From Mobula hypostoma (Eukaryota), in contig NC_086123.1 in assembly GCF_963921235.1 (NCBI RefSeq), positions 30,442,001 through 30,506,000 of the forward strand: 64,000 nucleotides of DNA, read 5' to 3'. The position numbers and the translations under genes were made by a program. How positions within the stretch are numbered: the stretch's first letter is position 1; each line of letters opens with the position of its first letter. Below the pieces are notes generated by a model, which was not told the origin of the DNA, did not search any database, and saw only the letters and a program-made list of their open reading frames with translations. Shown one piece after another: positions 40,001-53,604 of this stretch.

Positions 40001-41232
40001 CTACAAACAAAATGCTGTCTCAGTTAATGCCTTATGAAAATTTTTAGAATATGGGACTAGGACCAGGCTATTCAAATCCATAAATTTGTTCTGGCATTTG
40101 CTGAGACTATGGATCACTTTAAAATAACTATACATACTTGTTCTACATTCTTGAAAATCTCTGGTTAATAGAAATCTAACAACTTCCTACTGAAAAAAAC
40201 CTGAATCATATTGACTGCAGATGACAAAGTAGGAGAAATGATCCAAATCTCTACTACCCTTTCCATGTATAAGTAGCTTTTACTGCAGGGATAGAGTATT
40301 TTTTTCTGAGGTGTGACTCCAGAATTGAATTACTTTATTTATTTAGAGATACAGCATAGAATGGATCCTTCTGCCCGTGCCGCCAGCAACCCACCGATTT
40401 AACCCGAGCATAATCACGAGACAATTTATAATGACCCATTAACCAACTAACCGATATGGCTTTAATCTGTGGGAGGAAACTGGAGCAACCTGAAGGAAAT
40501 CCATACATTCCATGGGGAGGACATAAAATTTCTTACAGATGGCATCAGAATCAAACTGCAAACTCTGATGCTCCAAACTGTAACAGTGTCATGCTAACTG
40601 CTACACTACAGTCAGTGATGCCCCACTTAAATGAAGTGCCTGAGGTTTGGTCTAACCTCAGCTTTGTAAAGCTGTCACATGATTCCTAAAATCTTCTGTT
40701 TGGATATTGTTCCAAAATTGCTGCTGTAAGATCACAGGAAATGCAGTGAAAATGTTTACATGTAAATTGAACACTTGTGGAGTGGGTATAGCTTCATTAG
40801 AATTGCTGGCCTATTATTCATTGCATGTGAAAGAATATATGGTTGTAACAAGCCCCACTTGACGTGTAGGTTTTTTTATTTCAAAAATTGTGAATGTATA
40901 TTTTTCTAAATCATATTCAACACATGCATTTGTTAACCAACAGAATAAGATATAAAACCAATTGTTCAAAGTGCTTCAGAAAGCATTGAAATATTAGCAT
41001 TTAGTTGCTGCTATAATGAAGAAACAGTTAATTAATTGCACAGCTGCATAGTGGAGTAGCAGTTAGTATAACGCGTCACAGTGCCAGAGAGTTGATATGA
41101 ATGTGGGAAAGGAAAAATAGGGCCAGTGTAGAAGAGTGCTTAATGGCTGGCAAAAACTCATGCGCCTAATAGCCTGCTTTCATGCTGCATGACTCTATGA
41201 CAAATATACCTAAGTGAATTTCAGTTGGGCAC

Positions 41233-44200
41233 TACAAACCTGACTGTCTGGGTAGGCCCATTATCTCTGTCTGCTCCTGCCCCACTGAACTCAAGTCTGC
41301 ATACTTCAACTCCATTCTATACCCCTTGGTTCAGTCCCTTCCCACCAGCATCTGTGACACTTCACCAACCTCTTCAAGAATCTTTAACTTTTAAAAGATA
41401 GAAGCCAATTCTATATACATGGAGAAAAAACTGGTAAGCTATTGGCTAATCAATTGAAGACCTTTATAGCTAAATGGCAAATTAAAGAAATTTGTAAAAC
41501 CAATGGTGATCTGACAACTGACCATTTTGAAATAAATGACACTCTTAGAGAATTTTATTCTAAACTGTTTAGTTCTGATTTTGTTAAAGATAATACTGCA
41601 ATGAACAATTTTTTAGACCAATTAAATATTCCTCTTCTTTCAGTTGATAATCGAAAGCAGTTGGATCAACCTATTTCTCAGGAGGAAATCACTGAGGCTC
41701 TAGGTTCATTGCATTCTGGGAAATCTTCAGGACCTGACTGATTCTCTGGAGAATTTTATAAGGCTTTTTCTTCATTGCTTATACCTCATGTATGTTCTAC
41801 CTTTACTCATTCCTTCAAGGTGGGTAGGTTGCCACAGTCTTTTTATGAAGCTTCCATTTTGTTTATTCTTAAAAAGAATAAGAATCCCACTGAATGCTCT
41901 TCATATAGACCAATCTCTTTACTCAATGTTGATGCTAAGATCCTATCTAAAGTTTTGGCCTGTAGACTTGAAAATATTATACCTTCTATAATATCTGATG
42001 ATCAGACAGGATTTATTAAAAATCGATATTCCTATTCTAATATAAGGCGATTGTTAAATGTTATGCATTCTCCATCCAAGGAAATATTAGAATGTGTGAT
42101 TTCTCTGGATGCGGAGAAGGCTTTTGACCGAATTGAACAGAATACCTATTTAAAACCTTAGAAAAATTTAATTTTGGGCCCAATTTTATTTTTTGGATTA
42201 AATTACTTCACTTATCTCCCTCCGCTCGGGTCCTTACTAACTGTCAAAATTCTAAACCAATTAAACTCCAACGTGGAACCAGACAAGGATGTCCATTGAG
42301 CCCTTTGCTTTTTGATTTGGTATTAGAACGTTTAGCAATTGCCTTTCAAGAGTCTAAAGATATCACCGGTATCTTAAGGAAAGGTACTATTCATAAAGTT
42401 TCGCTTTATGCTGATGACCTATTGCTTTTTATATCTAATGTTACAACTTCTTTACCCTCTATGTTTCTTTTACTGACTAACTTTTGTCAGTTTTCAGGAT
42501 ATAAATTGAATTTACATAAGAGTGAATTGTTTCCTTTAAATAATTTGATATCGTCCGATATTAACCTTCCTTTTAAAATTGTAAGAAAACAATTTACATA
42601 TTTGGGTGTAACAATCACTAAGAATTATAAAGATCTATTCAAGGAAAAGTTTCTAACTTTAATGAATTATGTGAAAAAGACACTTTCTAATTGGTCACCC
42701 CTCTCTTTATCATTGATTGGTCAAATTAATTCTACTAAAATGAATATTTTACCTAAATTTGTACACCTTTTTCAAGCTGTACCTGTTTTTATTCCTAAGT
42801 CTTTTTTTGATTCTTTAGATTCGATTCTTTCTTCCTATATATGGAAGAATGGAAAACCCCAATTAAATAAAGCCCACCTTCAAAAAATTAAAAAGAATGG
42901 AGGCCTTGCTCTACCCTATTTTAGGTTATATTATTGGGCAATTAACATACGAAATCTCACGTTTTGGTTATATTATATTAATTGTGAGGATTGTCCAATA
43001 TGGGTCTTTTTGGAAGTCAACTCTGCTGCCAAATTTTCTATTATTTTTCATCTCGGATCCTCTCTTCCTTTATCTTTAAATAAATTAACTGACAGCTTGG
43101 TGGTTAATCACACTTTGAGGATCTGGCTACAGTTTAGAAAACATTTTGGGTTATTGAGATTTTCTCTTTCTAGTCCTATTTTTTCTAATTTTTTTTAAAC
43201 CATCTATGACCGACTTGTTTTTTAGAGAATGGGTTAGATTAGGCATTAAACGACTTTAGGATCTGTTTGTTGGAGGGAATCTTTCTTCTTTTGAGCAGCT
43301 CTCAGTGAAATATAACTTATCAAATACCCACTTTTTTTGATATCTACAGATTAGAGATTTTATAAGAGTTAAACTACATATATTTCCTACCAGCCCGGAA
43401 AAGAACATAATAGATGTAATTTTTAATTTGAAACCTTTGGTAATGGCTCAATATCTTATATTTACGGTCTGTTGTTGGGACTGAGAATGGCTCCTTTAGA
43501 CAAAATTTAAAAAGACTGTGAAAAGGATTTACAGACTTCATTATCTGATGAGACCCCAGAGGGCTATTTTCAAAATAGTTAATTCTTCCATCATTATGTG
43601 CTCGTCATTCCCTCCTACAATTTAAAGTGGTACATAGGGCTCATATGTCTAAAGACAAGCTGTCTCATTTTTTTGCAGATATATCTCCTTATTGTAACAG
43701 ATGTAATAATGGAGAGGCTTCATTAATTCATATATTTTGGTCATATTCGAGCCTTGAAAAATATTGGAAAGATGTATTCCAAACTTTTTCTGTACTTTTT
43801 AAAGTTAATTTTAAGCCCAATCCTTTGACTGTCGTATTTGGTATTGTTGAGGAAAGAGCTATAATTTTGGAGCCTTCTCATTTGCGGGTACTGGCTTTTA
43901 TTTCTCTTATGGCTAGGAGGGCAATCTTGCTCAAATGGAAAGAGGTTGCCCCCTCTACACATGCTCAATAGTTATGCGATGTTATGTCATGTTTAAATTT
44001 AGAGAAGATTCGTTGTTCGATTTCTGATTCTAATCAAAATTTTCAAACGTTATGGGGACCCTTTCTAAACTATTTTGAAAATCTTTGAATTGTTATTGTT
44101 ATTAAAATATAGATCTGGGCTACTATTATAAAACACTATATGGTAAAGTACTCTTATTTTTTGATTTTTTTTTACCAACCAGTTTTGTCTTGGTAGTGGG

Positions 44201-46140
44201 TGTAGATTTTTTTAAATAATATAAGTAACCATATTATTGTATTTCATAACCCAATTTATTTTGATTGATTGATCATGAATATAAGATACTGTGATTGTAT
44301 CAGTGTGATTTATATATAGTGCATTATGTGCTACCTTATGTTGATTTATAGTAAGTATCCTTATGAATTCTGTACTTATGGATATGAAATTTAATAAATT
44401 TAATAAAAATATTGGGGAGAAAAAAGAATCTTCAATTCCCTGGCCCTGACCACCTCATTTTCACAATGGATGTCTAGTCCCTGTACACTTCTATCCCCTA
44501 TCAAGAAGGGCCTTAAAGTTCTCTGCTTCTTTTTCAACCAACGACCCAACCAGTTCCCCTCCACCACCACCCTCCTCCATCTGGCAGAACTGCTCCTCAT
44601 CCTCAACAATTTCTCCGTTGGCTCTTCCTACTTTCTGCAAACTCATAGGGTAGCCATGGGCACCCGCATGGGCCCCAGCTATGCCTACCTTTTTGTTGGC
44701 TATGTCGAACAGTCCATATTCCAAACCTTCCTTGGTAATGCTCCCCAACTCTTCCTGCGCTACAGTGATGACTACATTGGAGCTGCTTCATGCACCCATG
44801 CTGAATTCATCAATTTAATCAACTTTGCCTCCAACTTCCACCTTGTCCTTAAATTCATTTGGTCCATTTCTTACTCCTTTCCTGATCTCCCTGTTTCCAT
44901 CTCCGGAGACAAACTGTCTGCTGACATCTTTTATAAACCAACTAATTCCCACAGCCATGTTGACTATACCTCTTCCTTCCCTGTCTCCTGTAAAATGCTA
45001 TTCCCTTTTCTTAGTTCTTTTGTCTCCACCACATCTGTTCCCAGAATGAGGCGTTCCTTTCCAGGATATCAGAGATGTCTTCTTCAATGTGTGTGGTTTC
45101 CCTTCCTTGAACATTGATGCTGCCCTCATCCGCATATCCTCCATTTCCAGACATCCACACTCTCCCCATCTTCTTGCCACCTTAACAGGGATAGTATTCC
45201 TCTTGTCCTCACCTATGTACCACCCCATGAACCTCCATATCCAATACATCATTCTTTCCAACTTGCGTCATCTTCAATGGGATCCTACCATGAAACGCAT
45301 CTTTACATCCCCTCCCACTTTCCACGGGGATCACTCCCTCAGTGATACCCTGGTTTATTCGTTACTCTCCAATCTCCCACCTGCCACATATCCCTGCAAG
45401 CAACAGAAATGCTACACCTGCCCATTCACCTCCTCACTTACCCCCATTCAAAGCCCCAAACAATCCTTCCAGGTGAGGCAACACTTCGCTTGAAAATCTG
45501 TTGGGGGTCGTCTATTGTATCCAGTGCTCCTCATGTGGCTTTCTCTACATTGGTGAGACCAGATGTAAATTGGAGGACTGCTTCATTGAGTACCTATACT
45601 CCATTGGCCAAAAGTGGAATTTCTCGGTGGCCAATCATTTTAATTCCTATCCCTATTCCCGTTCTGACATGTCAGTCCATGGCCTCCTCTTTTGCCATGA
45701 TGTAGCGACTCTCAGGGCAGAAGAGCATCACCTCATATTCTGTCTAGATAACCCCCAACTTGATGTCATGAACATCAATTTCTCTTTTTAGTAATAGATC
45801 TTTCCCTTCCCCCTTCCCTTTTCTTCAATTACCCAATCTGGTCCCTTACTTTTTCTCCCCACCTGCCTAATACCTCTATCCTAGTGTCACCCCTTCTTCC
45901 CTTTTTCCCATGGTCCACTATCAGATTCCTCCTTCTCCAGCCCTTTACCTTTCCCATCTACCTGGCTTCGAGCTAGTCCTCCTTGCCCTCTCCCCATCTT
46001 TTTTATTTTGGTGACTTCACCCATACTTTCCAGTTCTGATGAAGAGTCTCAACTGTTCATTAATTTCCATAGATGCTGGTTGACCTGCTGAGTTCCTCCA
46101 CTATTTTGTGTGTTGTTCTGGATTTCCAGCATCTGCTGAA
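41233..46140 (+). mobile_element. Penelope-like element (RT and GIY-YIG endonuclease), split by an L1
   Basis: MDV.S; VAMGTRMGPSYAYLFVGYVE; LRYSDDYIG; FYKPTNSHS; GVVYCIQCS.CGFLYIGET. 5' piece 41233-41384 and 3' piece 44424-46140. Confidence 0.88.
41385..44423 (+). mobile_element. L1/Tx1-type LINE, 5'-truncated, 9-bp TSD
   Basis: GKSSGPD, SYRPISLLNVD, SLDAEKAFDR, RQGCPLSPLLF, LYADD, CNRC...HIFW; TSD aagaatctt at 41376-41384 and 44424-44432. Confidence 0.93.
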
Positions 46141-46234
46141 TCATTTGTGGTTACTACTAATATGTTCCCTTATTTCTTCTGGGACAAACTGATTGACAAT
46201 ATTAAAGTGTCAGCAATGATAATATTAAAGTGTA

Positions 46235-47200
46235 GGCTGACTTGCAGGAGGCAAAGACTGAAAATAGAGGGGGCCTTTTCTGGATGATGGCTGGGAACAA
46301 GTGGTGTTTCACAGGCAGCAGTATTGGAATCGCTTCTTTTCACATTATATGTCAATGATTTTGATGATGGAATTGATGGTTTTGTGGCCAAGTTTGCTGA
46401 TGATACAAAGACAAGTCAAAAGACAGATAACGTTGAGGAAGCAGAGCGTCTGGAAAGGGACTTAGACAGATTGAGAGAATAAGACAAAGAAGTGACAGAT
46501 GGAATGTAATGTAGGGAAGTGTAAAATCATGCACTTTGGTAGAAAGAATAAAGGCATAGACTATTATCTAAATGGAGAGAAAATTCAAAAATCCAAGGTA
46601 CAAAAGAACTTGGGAATCATTGTGCAGGATTCCCTAAAAGTTAACTTGCAGTTTCAGTCAGTGGTAAGGAAGGCAAAAGATTTGCTGGCACTGGAGAGGG
46701 TTCAGAGACAGCTCATGAGAATGACTCTAGGTATGCATGGGTTAATGTTTGAGGAGCATTTGGCGGCTCTGGGCCAGTAGTTGCTAGAGTTTAGAAGAAT
46801 GAAGGGTGGAAACTATCTCATTGAAACTATCAAATATTGAAAACCCTTGATAGAGTGAATGTGCAGAGGATGTTTCTTATAGTAGAGGAAGTCTAGAACC
46901 CAAGAGCACCACCTTATAATAAAGGTACGTCCATTAAAAACAGGGATGAGGAGAAATTTCATTAGCCAGAGGGTAGTGAATCTGTGGAACTCATTGCCAC
47001 AGATGACTGCGGAGGTCAAGTCATTGGGTATATTTAAAGCAGAGGTTGATATGTTCTTGACTAGTCAGGGCGTCAAAGGCTACAGGATAAGGCAGGAGAA
47101 TGGGGTTGAGAGGGATAATAGATCAGCCATGATGGAATGGCGGAGGGGACATAATGGACCGAATAGCCTTATTCTGCTCCTATGTCTTATGGTTTTATAA
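46235..47200 (+). mobile_element. CR1 LINE 3' fragment
   Basis: AKFADDTK, CNVGKCKIMHFGRKN, RRNFISQRVVNLWNSLP; tatgtcttatggt tail. Confidence 0.88.
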
Positions 47201-47678
47201 TAATTTTATCTAAGTCATCAGTATAAATAGTGAACTGCTGATGGCCTAATATTAATTCCTAGAGCATCCCAGCACCCAGCAATTAAGATCTGAAAACCCG
47301 AGAAAAAGCAATTTAGTCTTACTCGCATTTTTTCAAGTTTCTTTTAACCAATAGTCACACGATGCAATTATATTGATTACAATCTGGATACACTGCCACA
47401 AGTATTAGAGGTGACAGGTACTCTCACAAAATTAAGTACTTAGGTGATCACTTGAATCACGAACGCAACAATGACTACAGACTAATGCTGTACATTGGAT
47501 TGGCATAGATGGATTCTTCAAGCTTGGCATGAACATGATGTACTGAAGAGCCTTTTTCTGTCCTATATAACTATGATTCTATATTATACAGTATATACAT
47601 CTTTATTTTTGATGATAATCTTTAATGTGGTATCAAATATTTTTTTGAAAATCTAATTTACAACATTCTGTTAACTCT

Positions 47679-47893
47679 GGGACGGTGATGTACTGGCATC
47701 AGCACTGGACTTTGAGGCAGATGGCCCTGAGTCTGAATCCGGACGGTCCCAACCTGGGCAGCAGCAGTCCATTAAAAACAGGGATGAGGTATCTGCAGGG
47801 AAGAAGGGCCTGGCAATCTACTTCCATACCTTGTCATGAAAACCCTGTGGACAACCATACTATCCAGAGGGTTGGACAGCAACAACAACAAAA
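47679..47893 (+). mobile_element. tRNA-headed SINE with RTE-type 3' end and (CAA)n tail
   Basis: tRNA-like head (ggactttgaggc...gagtctgaatcc), ggcaatctacttccataccttgtcatgaaaaccctgtggaca body, caacaacaaca tail. Confidence 0.6.
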
Positions 47894-48896
47894 ATTTCTA
47901 CACTGCTAGGCACATCCACATAAAATTTTGATTAAAAAAATTAAACGTGATTTTCCCTTCATCAAATACTGCTAATACTGACATGATGTACACCAATTTT
48001 ATAAATGACATCAGGATAACTGGTCTATGAACGTATCTTGTCTCTTCTTTGTTTCTTCAATATCTATTACATTAGCTACTTGAAACTACTACATGCTTTT
48101 TGGAAGATCATCATCAATTATTTCAGTGTTTGAAAATAGGCGAGGCTGCTTGGCTTTAAAATCAATGTGGGAGAAAGATGTCGCAAGTACTTAAATCATC
48201 AGTACAGTAAGCTACAAGCATTTAGAAATAGTGTAAGATTGAAAGGCTCCAAGTGATTAAAACACTTGAAATTGTATTGAGATTTTAAAAACAGAATGGA
48301 AGAGAGGCTCAAGTGTAGGTAAGAATGACACTGGTATTTCAAAAGTAGCACAGGGGAGAAAGGCTCTATCTTAAGATGCAACAGGAGTGATTTTAAGAGT
48401 TTGAAATCAGTGTGATAGAGAAGCACTAGATGTTTAAATACTGTGAGCGCAAGAGAAAGAGAGACTTACCATGTTATGTACCTACATGATGATCTCTGGC
48501 AACGTTTATATATAAAACAACAAAGGTGCCGGTTATGTTTTCTAACCTACATGATTCTTGCAGAATGAGTTTTCTTTTCCAATTTACTCAATTCAATCTC
48601 ATAGTTTAAAAACAAAATCCCGTGCTGTTCAATTTTTTATCATAATGCTTGTATGATTTCAAGTGAATGCAACAACTAATTTCACATTTGGAAATAATAC
48701 CTACCTATTTAGCCAAGGAAAATAAATCACTAAGGAAACATATTAAGGAAATACTTTAAATTGTTTATGGAGAAATTGTAATGGAACAGAGTAGTGCCTC
48801 CTGGAAGAGGGTCATCTTTATTAATAAATGGAAAATGTCATATAAATAATAAACAATTTAACACACTAAATGTAAAAATACATGTTTGATAAATAC

Positions 48897-48953
48897 CTTG
48901 TTGACAGTGATAAGAACCAACCTGTAAGGTACGTCCACAAGTAACTTCAGAAT
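48897..48953 (-). pseudogene. Decayed PDZ exon GRTLQVG / LITVNK
   Basis: tattttag acceptor, AAG|gtat donor; GRTLQVG then LITVN in a shifted frame, matching PDZ GRLQVGD.LL.VN with a deletion. Confidence 0.55.
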
Positions 48954-49791
48954 CTAAAATATATGTAAGAAGGAATATAATCAATATGAAGCAAATTAAT
49001 CTTGAAATACTCAGGTCAAATGACATCTTTTATGAATAAGGTAAAGGAAAACTCCTTCAACATAAGAATGAGTTTAAACAGGAGAGTGCCAGTGCAGGGG
49101 TCTCCTTAAGGTCTTCCATTCAAGGAAGAAGGGCCTCAGAGCATCTTTGTGCGGAGGTATTAGACAGATTAGATACCTGTGGTGAAAATCAGCTAACTTT
49201 AATGAGAAACTGAAAGAATTTGAAGAGGAAGAGAGCATCAGAGATGTAACAGATGTAAACAGAAAGAGAATGGAGGAAAGAAAGAATTATGTCAAAGTAG
49301 GAAGTAAAAAGTCCTGTGAGGTGCAAGTAGGCTGAAACTATAGGTCCCCCGATGCATCTTCAATAACTCCAAAAGACTGGAAGTAGGGTAAATACTGAAA
49401 GGCTTTTATTCGCAGTAAAATGTAACCTCCAGCATGCTGAGTGTCTGCCCCTGGACTGAGGAGGAGGAGCAATGGTGAAATTGCCTTATTCAGGGGTCTG
49501 TGGGAGGAGCCACAGGGGCAGTCAGCAGAGGGGCGTGTCCAGACAGGTAACCCAGTTACAACATATATATATATATGGTTTACCACATTCACCCCTCCTT
49601 TTTTTAAAAGAGTCCCGCGGGGTGAAGTGACTGACAATATTTAAAACAAGTATATTTACAGGTCAAGTTTATGAGGCGGTCCAGTCCGTCGCTGTGATCT
49701 ACATAGCACCGGTAGTGATTGCACCGGTGATGGCAGTTGTGCTGGCTCCGGCTTGACTTGAGGTGTCAGCACATTAGGCATCGGTAATCCC

Positions 49792-51936
49792 TCATGCGTG
49801 TGCGTTGCGCCTGATATGGGAGTGTCGTGTGGTGTCTGTGTAGGGCTTGGAGTGCACGGTGTCTGGTGGGTATATATAATTGGTGGATACAGGGTTAGTA
49901 GTCATCATGGAGTGTTCAGGGTAGGGGCCCGGTGCACCTGCTGGCGCCAGGTTGTGGATGGAGACCGTGTCCTCCCGCCCATCAGGTAAAACCACATAGG
50001 CATACTGGGGGTTCGCATGAAGTAAGTGAACCCTCTTGACCATCGGGGAGTATTTATTGCTCCTCACATGTTTTCGGAGCAGCACTGGCCCCAGGGACAT
50101 CAGCCAAGTTAGTAGGGTGGTCCCAGTGGTTGACTTTCTGGGAAAAGGAAAGAGTCGCTCATGAGGGGTGGCATTGGTGGACGTGCATAACAGGGAGCGG
50201 ATGGAGTGGAGTGCCTCGGGAAGGACCTCCTGCCAGTGGGAGACCGGCAGTCCCTTTGACCTGAGGGCTAAGAGTGTGGCTTTCCACACCGTGGCATTCT
50301 CCTTCTCCACCTGTCCATTCCCCCGGGGATTATGGCTCGTGGCCCTACTAGTTGCAATTCCCCTAGCCAGCAGGTATTGGTGCAGCTCGTCACTCATAAA
50401 TGAGGACCCCCTGTCACTGTGGATATAGCATGGGTATTTGAACAGAGTGAAGAGCCTGCGCAGGGCTTTTATAACTGACGTGGTAGTGGTGTCGGGGCAG
50501 GGGATGGCGAATGGAAACCACGAGTACTCGTCGATAACATTAAGAAAGTACACATTGCAGTCGGTAGAGGGACGGGGGCCCTTAAAGTCAACACTCAGTC
50601 GCTCAAAGGGGCGGGTGGCCTTGGTTAGTTGTGCCTTTTCGGGTCAGTAGAAGTGCGGTTTGCACTCTACACAGACTTGGCAATCCCTGGTCATCGTCCT
50701 GATCTCCTCAAGGGAGTAAGGCAGGTTCCAGGCTTTCACGAAGTGGAAAAGCCGGGTGACCCCCGGGAGGCAAAGATCTACGTGTAGGGCATATAGCCAG
50801 TCGATCTGCACGCTGGTGCACGTTCCCCAGGATAGGGCATCGGAGGGCTCGTTGAGCTTCCCAGGCCTGTACATGATGTCATAGTTGAAGGTGGAGAGTT
50901 CGATTCGCCACCTCAGAATTTTATCAGTTTTGATTTTGCCCCGCTGTTGGTTACTAAACATGAATGTGACTGAGCACCGGTCAGTTAGCAGGGTGAACCT
51001 TTTGCCAGTGAGATAGTGCCTCCAGTGCCTAATACCTTCCACTATGGCCTGGGCCTCTTTCTCCACCACAGGGTGCCGAATTTCAGGGCCTTGAAGGGTA
51101 CGGGAGAAGAATGCCACCGGTCTTCCCACCTGGTTGAGGGTAGCAGCCAGTGCAAAGTCGGAGGTGTCACTCTCTACTTGGAAGGGAATGGCCTCATCCA
51201 CCGCATGCACTGCTGCTTTGGCAATGTCCCCTTTTATGTGGCTGAAGGCTGCATGGGCCTTGGCTGAGAGGGGGAATGTGGCGGACTTGACCAGGGGGCG
51301 GGCCTTGTCTGCGTAGTTAAAGACCCATTGGGCGTAATGCGAAAAGAAGCCCAGGCACCTTTTGAGGGCTCTGAGGGTGTTGGGAAGAGGGAGTTCCAAC
51401 AGGGGGCGCATACAGTCAGGGTCAGGGCCAATGACTCTGTTCTCCACGACACACCCAAGGATAGCAAGTCGGGTGGTCCCGAACACACACTTGTCCTTGT
51501 TATAGGTGAGATTGAAAGCTTTGGCCACTTGGAGAAATTTTTGGAGGTTGTTGTCGTAATCCTGCCGGTCGTGACCGCAGATGGTGATGTTATCCAGATA
51601 TGGGAACGTGGCCTTCAGTTGGCACTGGTCCACCATCTGGTCCATTTCCCTCTGGAAGACAGATACACCATTCGTGACACCGAAGGGGACGCGCAGGAAG
51701 TGATAAAGCCTGCCGTCCGCCTCGAAAGCAGTGTAAGGGCGGTCCTCCCGGCGGATGGGGAGCTGATGGTAAGCAGATTTTAGGTCTATGGTTGAGTACA
51801 CCTTGTACTGTGCTATCTGATTGACCATATCCGTGATGCGGGGTAGAGGGTATGCATCGAGCTGCATGAACCTATTGATGGTCTGGCTATAGTCCACGAC
51901 CATTCTACTTTTCTCCCCGTTCCGAACAACGACCAC
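49792..51936 (-). CDS. pol: Pol (RT, RNase H, integrase) of the Gypsy element, interrupted by a stop at ~50644
   Basis: RMVVDYSQTINRF..LDAYPLPRI, IDLKSAYHQ, VPFGVTN, YLDN; RNase H ESDTS, EKEA, LTD; integrase SVDFKGP, HSDRG, GNGQVEKEN. Confidence 0.9.
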
Positions 51937-52260
51937 CTGCGCCCTCCAAGGACTTGTGCTTGCCTCAATGACCCCTCCCTAAGCAGCCGCTGCACCTCTG
52001 ACTTAATGAAGGCTCTGTCCCCTGCGCTGTACCTCCTTCATTTAGTTGCCACAGGTTTACAGTCGGGGGTCAGGTTGGCGAACAGCAGTGAGGGAGGGAT
52101 CTTGAGGGTGGAGAGGCCGCAAGTGGTGTCGGTAGTGCTGCTGTTGGCATGGTGTTGGGTGGGATGTGCGGGTCGGTGTGGGTGTGTGATCAGTAGCGGG
52201 GTATGTGAAGTATTCCTACAAAACTGGGGATTTATGACAGTGATTGGTAGGAGGGGCCCA

Positions 52261-53604
52261 TCATACTCCATTGTCATGCTTTTCAGGTGGCTCTGGAAGT
52301 CGAGCCCCAACAGCACAGGGGCACACAGTTGAGGCATGACCAGTGATGTAAAGTCTTGATATTCTGTGCCCTGCACCACTTGCGTCGCTACACAACCTCT
52401 GCCCCCCCCACCCCCGCCGGATGTCTGTTGTATACGACTTGGAAGCCATGGCGAGCCTCTGACTTACCGGCCGTATCACGAGTCCACAATGCTGCACCGT
52501 GTCCTGGTGGATAAAACTCTCCATGCCGCCTGTGTCAAACAGGCAGCTTGTCCTGCGCCCCTCCACCAGGATGTCCATCATTGACCTTGCGAGCTGGTGG
52601 GGAGCGCTTTGGTCGAGGGTCACAGAGGCCAAGGTTGAGTCGCTATCTTGGTCCGGCATGGTGGGGTGCCCCGTGAGCACCCGTTGGTCGTAGGCGGTGG
52701 GAGGTGACACCGACCAAGATGGCCGCCCCCATGTCTCGCACGTGGTGGCGGCTTGCAGGGAAGATGGCGACCCCCATGTCTCACATGTGGTGGTGGCGTG
52801 CAGGGAAGATGGTGGCAGGCAAGATGGCAACCCCCATGTCTCGCACACGGCGCTGCTCGATCCCGCTCGCGGTTTGGACTCACAGACCTTGGCGAAGTGG
52901 CCCTTCTTTCTGCAGCTGCAGCAGGTAGCTTCCCGGGCCGGGCAGCGTTTCCGGGGATGCTTCTCGAGTCCGCAGAAGTAGCACTTCGCAGACTCGCAAC
53001 TGGCAGCAGCTGAGGTCGATTCACCAGCAGGTTGTGGGGTCTGCGGCGCCAAGGCCATCGGGGGATCGCATGCCTGGAGAGCCTCAGAATTGTGCAGAGC
53101 AGCCTCCAGCGTGTCAGCCAGCTCGATCGCCGAATGTAAGGTAAGATCAGCTTTTTCCAACAGCTGCTGGCGTACATATATTGACCTGGTCCCCGTGACG
53201 AAGGTGTCTCTCACTAGGAGCTCTGCATGCTGTCCTGCCGTCAGCCCCTGGCAATCTCAGGCCCGCACGAGCGTCCGTAGTGCCTGGACAAACTCAGCAC
53301 TTGATTCCCTGGGCCGCTGTTGCCGAGTCGCTAAGCGATGCCATGCGTAGACGGTGTTTACCGGCCGCAGGTATTGTCCTTTGAGTGCGCTCATTGTGCA
53401 GTCATAGCTCGGCTGGTCTCTGATCATCGAGTAGACCCGTGGACTGACCCTGGAGAGTAGAACTCTGCGCTTTGCTGTGGAGTCGGTCACTTCAATCGCC
53501 TCTAGGTATGATTCGAAGCAAGCCAGCCAGAGTTCGAAAGCGTTTCCAGCTTCAGGTGTTTGCGGGTTGAAATCTAACTTGTTGGGTCTCAGGACGCATT
53601 CCAT
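52261..53604 (-). CDS. gag: Gag-protease of the Gypsy element (one in-frame stop near 53257, later frameshift)
   Basis: CYFCGLEKHPRKRC and CCSCRKKGHFAKVC knuckles; protease LFDTG. Confidence 0.85.

Noticed and set aside
47679-47760. tRNA genes (also ~19305-19380)
   Set aside because: These are degenerate tRNA-like heads attached to SINE bodies and tails; no cloverleaf can be supported.
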